Part shown: piece by piece, positions 60,069 to 64,000 of the stretch | How positions within the stretch are numbered: the first letter of the stretch is position 1 | How the letters are laid out: each line of letters starts with the position of its first letter | NCBI GenBank assembly: GCA_963674965.2 | Contig: CAXXFL010000006.1 | Coordinates: forward strand, 480,001-544,000 | Reading direction: 5' to 3' | DNA length: 64,000 bases | From: a bacterium | GTDB taxonomy: Bacteria; RBG-13-61-14; DATKZS01 | Made by a program: the position numbers and the translations under genes | The notes under the pieces: model-generated | Seen by the model: only the letters and a program-made list of their open reading frames with translations | What the model was told of the DNA's origin: nothing | The model's database searches: none

Positions 60069-61904
60069 TTAGGTGAAGCTCTCCTCGGCGATGTCGAGGG
60101 GAGACGTCTCGTCCGCCATCACCTCGGCCGCCTTGCCCGGCATGTTGGCCAGGTAAGAGCCGATGAAATAACGGGCCGACTGGACCTTGCCGTCCAGATA
60201 GGCCGCCTCGTTGTTCTCCTTGACGATGACCGCCTTGTCGCCGCCGCCCACCAGCTCGGCCAGAAGCTTCTCGGCGATCGAGGCCTGCCAAAGCAGCATC
60301 CATCCCGCCAGGACGTCTCCCACCATGTAGAGTAGGGGCGTGGCGTTAAGGAAGCCCAGCATAAAGTCCTTGCTCCCGGCCTTGCCCGTCACGTTCTTGA
60401 CCGCCTTGATCATTTCCGAGCGGGCGGCCTCGAGTTTCTCCGCGTACGGGCCAAGGGCCGCGCTGGCCTTGGCCTCCGCCAGCGACTCGTCCATCTTGGC
60501 CATGAGGGCCTCGAAAACCTTGCCGCCCGCCATGGGAAGCTTGCGCCCGAGAAGGTCCATGGCCTGGATGCCGGTGGTACCCTCGTAAAGGCTGGTGATC
60601 TTACAGTCGCGGGCCAATTGCTCGACGCGGTACTCGGAGCAGAAGCCGTAGCCGCCGTGCACCTGGATGGCCTGCTCGGTCACGCGGTACGACATGTCCG
60701 ACCCGTAGGCCTTGACGACGGGCGTGAGAAGCTCGACCAGGCCGGACCACAGCTTCTTCTCGTCGCCCTCCGCCACGTGGGCCATGTCGATGCACATTCC
60801 GGTGTAGTAGTTCATGGCCCTCATGCCCTCGGTCATGGACTTCATCCACATGAGCATACGCCTTATGTCCGGATGCTGGATGATGGGCACGGGAGGAGCG
60901 TCGGGGTTCTTGCCCTGGGTGATGTGCCTCCCCTGCAGCCTCTCCCTCGAGTAGGCCTGGGCCAGCTGGTAGGCCGCCGAGGCGATGCCCATGGCCTGGG
61001 CCGCCACCAGGAGCCTCTCCTCATTCATCATGAGGAACATGATCTTAAGGCCCTCGCGGGCGTTGCCAAGCAGCTCTCCCACGCAATTTCCATCCTCGCC
61101 GAAAGCGAGTTGGCAGGTGGCCGAGGCCTTGATGCCCATCTTATGCTCGATGCCCAGACACTTGACGTCGTTGTTCTCGCCGATCGACCCGTCCTCCCCC
61201 ACGCGGTCGCGGGGCACGATGAAAATCGAGATGCCCTTGGGTCCGGCAGGGTCTCCCTCGATCCGGGCCAGAACCGGATGGATAACGTTGGGCCTCAAGT
61301 CGTGCTGGCCCGCGGTTATAAACGTTTTCGTTCCCACGATGTTGTAAAGTCCGTCGTCCCTGGGGATGGCCTTGGTTTTGAGGATGCCCAGGTCCGAGCC
61401 CGCGCCCGGCTCGGTCAGGCACATGGTCCCCGACCACTCGCCGGACCAAAGCCGCGAGAGGAAAAGCTCCTTTTGCCTGTCCGTGCCGTGGCTGTGGATC
61501 ATGACGCCCGCGCCGTGGGTCAGGTTAGGATAATTGGCGAAGGCCGTGTTCGAGCCGTGAAAGCACTCGTGGCAGGCCGTGCAAAGGGCCTCGGGAAGGC
61601 CCTGCCCACCGTCGTCCGGGGAATCGGAAGGCGTCAGCCAGCCGCCCTCCACGTACTGGTCGTAGGCGTCCTTAAAGCCCTCGGGCACGGTCACGATCCC
61701 TTCCTTCCAGACGGCCCCCTCCTCGTCGCCCTTCTGGTTGAGCGGCCAAAGAACGTTCTCCGCGAATTTTTCCGCCTCCGACATGACCATCTCGAAGACG
61801 TCCTTGTCATAGTCCGCGAACTTCTCGTACTTGTTAAGGTCCTGAATCTTGAGCTGGTCGAACAGGATAAACCTGCGATCCCTGTAATCACCTAGCTTGG
61901 TCAT
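60069..61904 (-). CDS. Acyl-CoA dehydrogenase (long form)
   Basis: TMCLTEPGAGSD, GTKTFIT, EHKMGI, IQVHGGYG, YEGTTGIQ..DLLGRK. Confidence 0.95.
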   Translation of the reverse strand: MTKLGDYRDRRFILFDQLKIQDLNKYEKFADYDKDVFEMVMSEAEKFAENVLWPLNQKGDEEGAVWKEGIVTVPEGFKDAYDQYVEGGWLTPSDSPDDGGQGLPEALCTACHECFHGSNTAFANYPNLTHGAGVMIHSHGTDRQKELFLSRLWSGEWSGTMCLTEPGAGSDLGILKTKAIPRDDGLYNIVGTKTFITAGQHDLRPNVIHPVLARIEGDPAGPKGISIFIVPRDRVGEDGSIGENNDVKCLGIEHKMGIKASATCQLAFGEDGNCVGELLGNAREGLKIMFLMMNEERLLVAAQAMGIASAAYQLAQAYSRERLQGRHITQGKNPDAPPVPIIQHPDIRRMLMWMKSMTEGMRAMNYYTGMCIDMAHVAEGDEKKLWSGLVELLTPVVKAYGSDMSYRVTEQAIQVHGGYGFCSEYRVEQLARDCKITSLYEGTTGIQAMDLLGRKLPMAGGKVFEALMAKMDESLAEAKASAALGPYAEKLEAARSEMIKAVKNVTGKAGSKDFMLGFLNATPLLYMVGDVLAGWMLLWQASIAEKLLAELVGGGDKAVIVKENNEAAYLDGKVQSARYFIGSYLANMPGKAAEVMADETSPLDIAEESFT

Positions 61905-62074
61905 GTTTACTACTCCTTTTCCGACTGGTTGGCGGTCCCGGCGGACCGATTGGACATAATATCATGAAAACACCGGGGAGTTAACTTCACCTGTAACCCG
62001 AGGCCTGGGGCAAGGACCAATATATCTCGATAAGCGGCGTCTTTTCAAGACGAGACGGCAAAGGCCGTTAAAGG

Positions 62075-63064
62075 TTACTTCCAGGTGATCCTGGGAGTGC
62101 TCCTTTTCACCGGGCCGTCTATCTCGCCCTGGGGCCAGCCCAGGGCCACGCTGGTGGCTATGCGAAGGGGCCACGCTATCCCCAGTTCCTTCATCAACTT
62201 CCGGTCGGGCAGAGAGTTAAGGGCCGTGATAAAGCCGACGTAGCAGGTCCCCAAGCCCAGGCTATGGGCCGCCAGCACCAGGTTCTGGGCGCATATGCCC
62301 GCGTCGAGCTCGACCTGTCCTATGCCCCGCAGGTCCGACAGTATCACTATCACCACCGGCGCCCCGAAGAAAAGCGTATCGCGCTCGACCGCCGTGTCCA
62401 TGCCCGAGATGACCCGGACGTCCGCGTCGCCCGGCCGCCAGAGGCTGATGAGGTTCCACATGAGTCTCCTTGCCCTTCCCTGCTTCAGGTAGTTGCCCGA
62501 GGTCAGCTTGAGCCCCTTGAGGGAAGCCGTCTCGACGCGCCGTATAAGTTCCCGGTCCCGCAGCGCGAGGAACTCCCAGGACTGGCCGTTGCCCGAGCTG
62601 GGAGCGTAGCGGGCCGCCTCGATCACCCTGCGGATCAGTTCCTCGGGCACCTCCTTTTTCTTGAAGAGACGGTTCGAGCGGCGGCGGTAGATCACCCGCT
62701 CCACCGGCGTCAGTTCCTCCTCGATGGTCTCGAACGCGGGCGGGACCTCGGCGCCGAGCGGATTGGGCGGGGAGACAACGCCCCGGCTGAGGCTTTGGTA
62801 GCGGCCGGACGAGACGTAATAGTCGCCGCTCACCGAGGCCGCGCCCTCCTTGCAGACGGCCATGCAGTTGTTGCAGCCAAGACACGCGACCTCGAGGCCC
62901 TTGTAACCACGGATAACGGGCGGTCCCTCCTCGGGCATGTACAGGATGTGGGTGGGACAAGTCCTCACGCACCGGCCGCAGCGCGTGCATTTTTCCGGGT
63001 CCGCCCAGAACCGGGGAAACTCCGCCGGAGGATAATGGGCCTTGCCAATGTACTTGAGGTTCAT
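62075..63064 (-). CDS. Ferredoxin-fused nitroreductase family protein
   Basis: CTRCGRCVRTCP, CLGCNNCMAVC, RRSNRLF, APSSGNGQ, LAAHSLGLGTC. Confidence 0.92.
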   Translation of the reverse strand: MNLKYIGKAHYPPAEFPRFWADPEKCTRCGRCVRTCPTHILYMPEEGPPVIRGYKGLEVACLGCNNCMAVCKEGAASVSGDYYVSSGRYQSLSRGVVSPPNPLGAEVPPAFETIEEELTPVERVIYRRRSNRLFKKKEVPEELIRRVIEAARYAPSSGNGQSWEFLALRDRELIRRVETASLKGLKLTSGNYLKQGRARRLMWNLISLWRPGDADVRVISGMDTAVERDTLFFGAPVVIVILSDLRGIGQVELDAGICAQNLVLAAHSLGLGTCYVGFITALNSLPDRKLMKELGIAWPLRIATSVALGWPQGEIDGPVKRSTPRITWK

Positions 63065-63257
63065 GAGTCCCTCCTGAAATGAATTACTCTCATCCTATTA
63101 TTATCGCCGGCCCGATTGCAATAAGAAAACATGAGTGGTGGAAGAGAAAAAAGGCGTAAAAGGCGTCAAGAGGCTTTGGGATATTTCCAGCGCCGCTGGG
63201 CCACCCGGATAAATAAAACCGAGTGACCCATCTTGCGGCGATATATCCGGGAGGGCG

Positions 63258-63602
63258 TTAATGGTATTCGTGCGTGCCCTGCTTCACCTCGATTCCGGTC
63301 TTGCCGCTTATGATCTGTGCCATCTCGTCGGCGTTCGAGTAAGGGCAGCCGGGTTTGGCCCCCACCAGGCAGCTTGACAGGCGTATCTCGTCCGGCTTGA
63401 TCTCCGAAAGCTTGATCGCCATCCCCACGTTGGGGGCCAGGCTGCGGCCGGGACATTCGCACTTGACGAAGCCGATCACCTGGACCGGCTCATCGAATTT
63501 GCCCTCCCCCAGGGCCGCCGCCTTCAGGCAACGCCACTCGCCCGGGCATCCATAGCCGCTGTCCATGTACGCTCCACATCCCACCACGAATACTTTTTTC
63601 AT
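63258..63602 (-). CDS. CGGC-domain-like protein
   Basis: GC..CPGEWRC..CECPG..LSSC..CPY..GTH. Confidence 0.75.
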   Translation of the reverse strand: MKKVFVVGCGAYMDSGYGCPGEWRCLKAAALGEGKFDEPVQVIGFVKCECPGRSLAPNVGMAIKLSEIKPDEIRLSSCLVGAKPGCPYSNADEMAQIISGKTGIEVKQGTHEYH

Positions 63603-63713
63603 TTTAAACGTCTCCTTCTCTTTACTAATTCACCGCGCCCACAGTATATCATGGGCTTTGGGTTTCCCCGACAATATTTTTTTGCGGCGCCTTTCCTCAA
63701 ACCTTGGCCCCTC

Positions 63714-64000
63714 TCATTTTATTTTCTGAAGGGCCTGCTCGGCGGCGATGGTAATGGGCTCGGCGCTGGGCTCGGAGGAGCAGTCGGGATTTCCCGCGCA
63801 CATGAGCGTGGTCAGTTCCGGTATGGTTTTTCCTCCCAGGATCAGGGCGTTAATGGCGTCGATCTCCTTGGCCGGCGCCACGTCGTCGCTGATGATCTGT
63901 CCGCCGATAAGCTTTTGGCTTTTTTTATCGAACACCAGCTTGAGGGTCCAGGGCTTCTTGCCGGGGATCATGTTGTGCTTGCTCCGAGAGTCGACCGTCG
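63714..64000 (-). CDS. C-terminus of a pyridine nucleotide-disulfide/NADH oxidase-like flavoprotein (partial)
   Basis: Frame open to window edge; LKLVFD..LIGGQI..EID dimerisation domain; CAGNPDCSSEP tail. Confidence 0.75.
   Translation of the reverse strand, partial: TVDSRSKHNMIPGKKPWTLKLVFDKKSQKLIGGQIISDDVAPAKEIDAINALILGGKTIPELTTLMCAGNPDCSSEPSAEPITIAAEQALQKIK

Noticed and set aside
9160-63082. Long antisense ORFs (e.g. 9160-10521, 33254-34678, 41726-43027, 50732-52378, 60618-61895)
   Set aside because: GC-rich codon-bias shadows of well-supported genes.

Overview
64-kb window from a moderately GC-rich, anaerobic Gram-negative bacterium, most likely deltaproteobacterial-type (inferred from the Hdr, PilZ/TIGR02266-like and sigma54 content). 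Left end (1-14 kb) is a patchwork accessory region: an orphan Rhs core missed by the ORF track, a methyltransferase, two exported ankyrin proteins, an atypical GspG, a Tat-exported DUF2804 protein, an SGNH hydrolase among GGGGACA/TGTCCCC repeats, an internally deleted RAYT-like transposase, alkaline phosphatase and an ALDH. 14-25 kb is a metal/cofactor uptake island: exbB-exbD-tonB, FecCD-type ABC transporter, TonB-dependent receptor behind a candidate NikR operator, then TsaA-like, FmdE, DmeF-like and an exported tandem FmdE. 25-39 kb is a sigma54-driven heterodisulfide-reductase-like operon (BamD/HdrD-like, HdrL, MvhD, FdhB-like, double HdrA, HdrC, HdrB) with no hydrogenase or formate dehydrogenase catalytic subunit. 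It starts with an unusual SxxC-thioredoxin/pseudo-receiver fusion and is followed by a PAS enhancer-binding protein. 39-64 kb holds lnt, a pentapeptide/K+-channel gene cleanly split by an ISL3 element (8-bp TSD), an XAC2610-like lipoprotein, gabD-like ALDH, a TPR + peptide ABC operon with a fused OppB-OppC permease and an embedded acidic disordered protein, a hybrid kinase, argC, PilZ and LITAF-like genes, acyl-CoA dehydrogenase, a ferredoxin-nitroreductase, a CGGC protein and a partial flavin oxidoreductase. No rRNA, tRNA or CRISPR array was seen. All family assignments come from motif recognition by eye, not from database searches.
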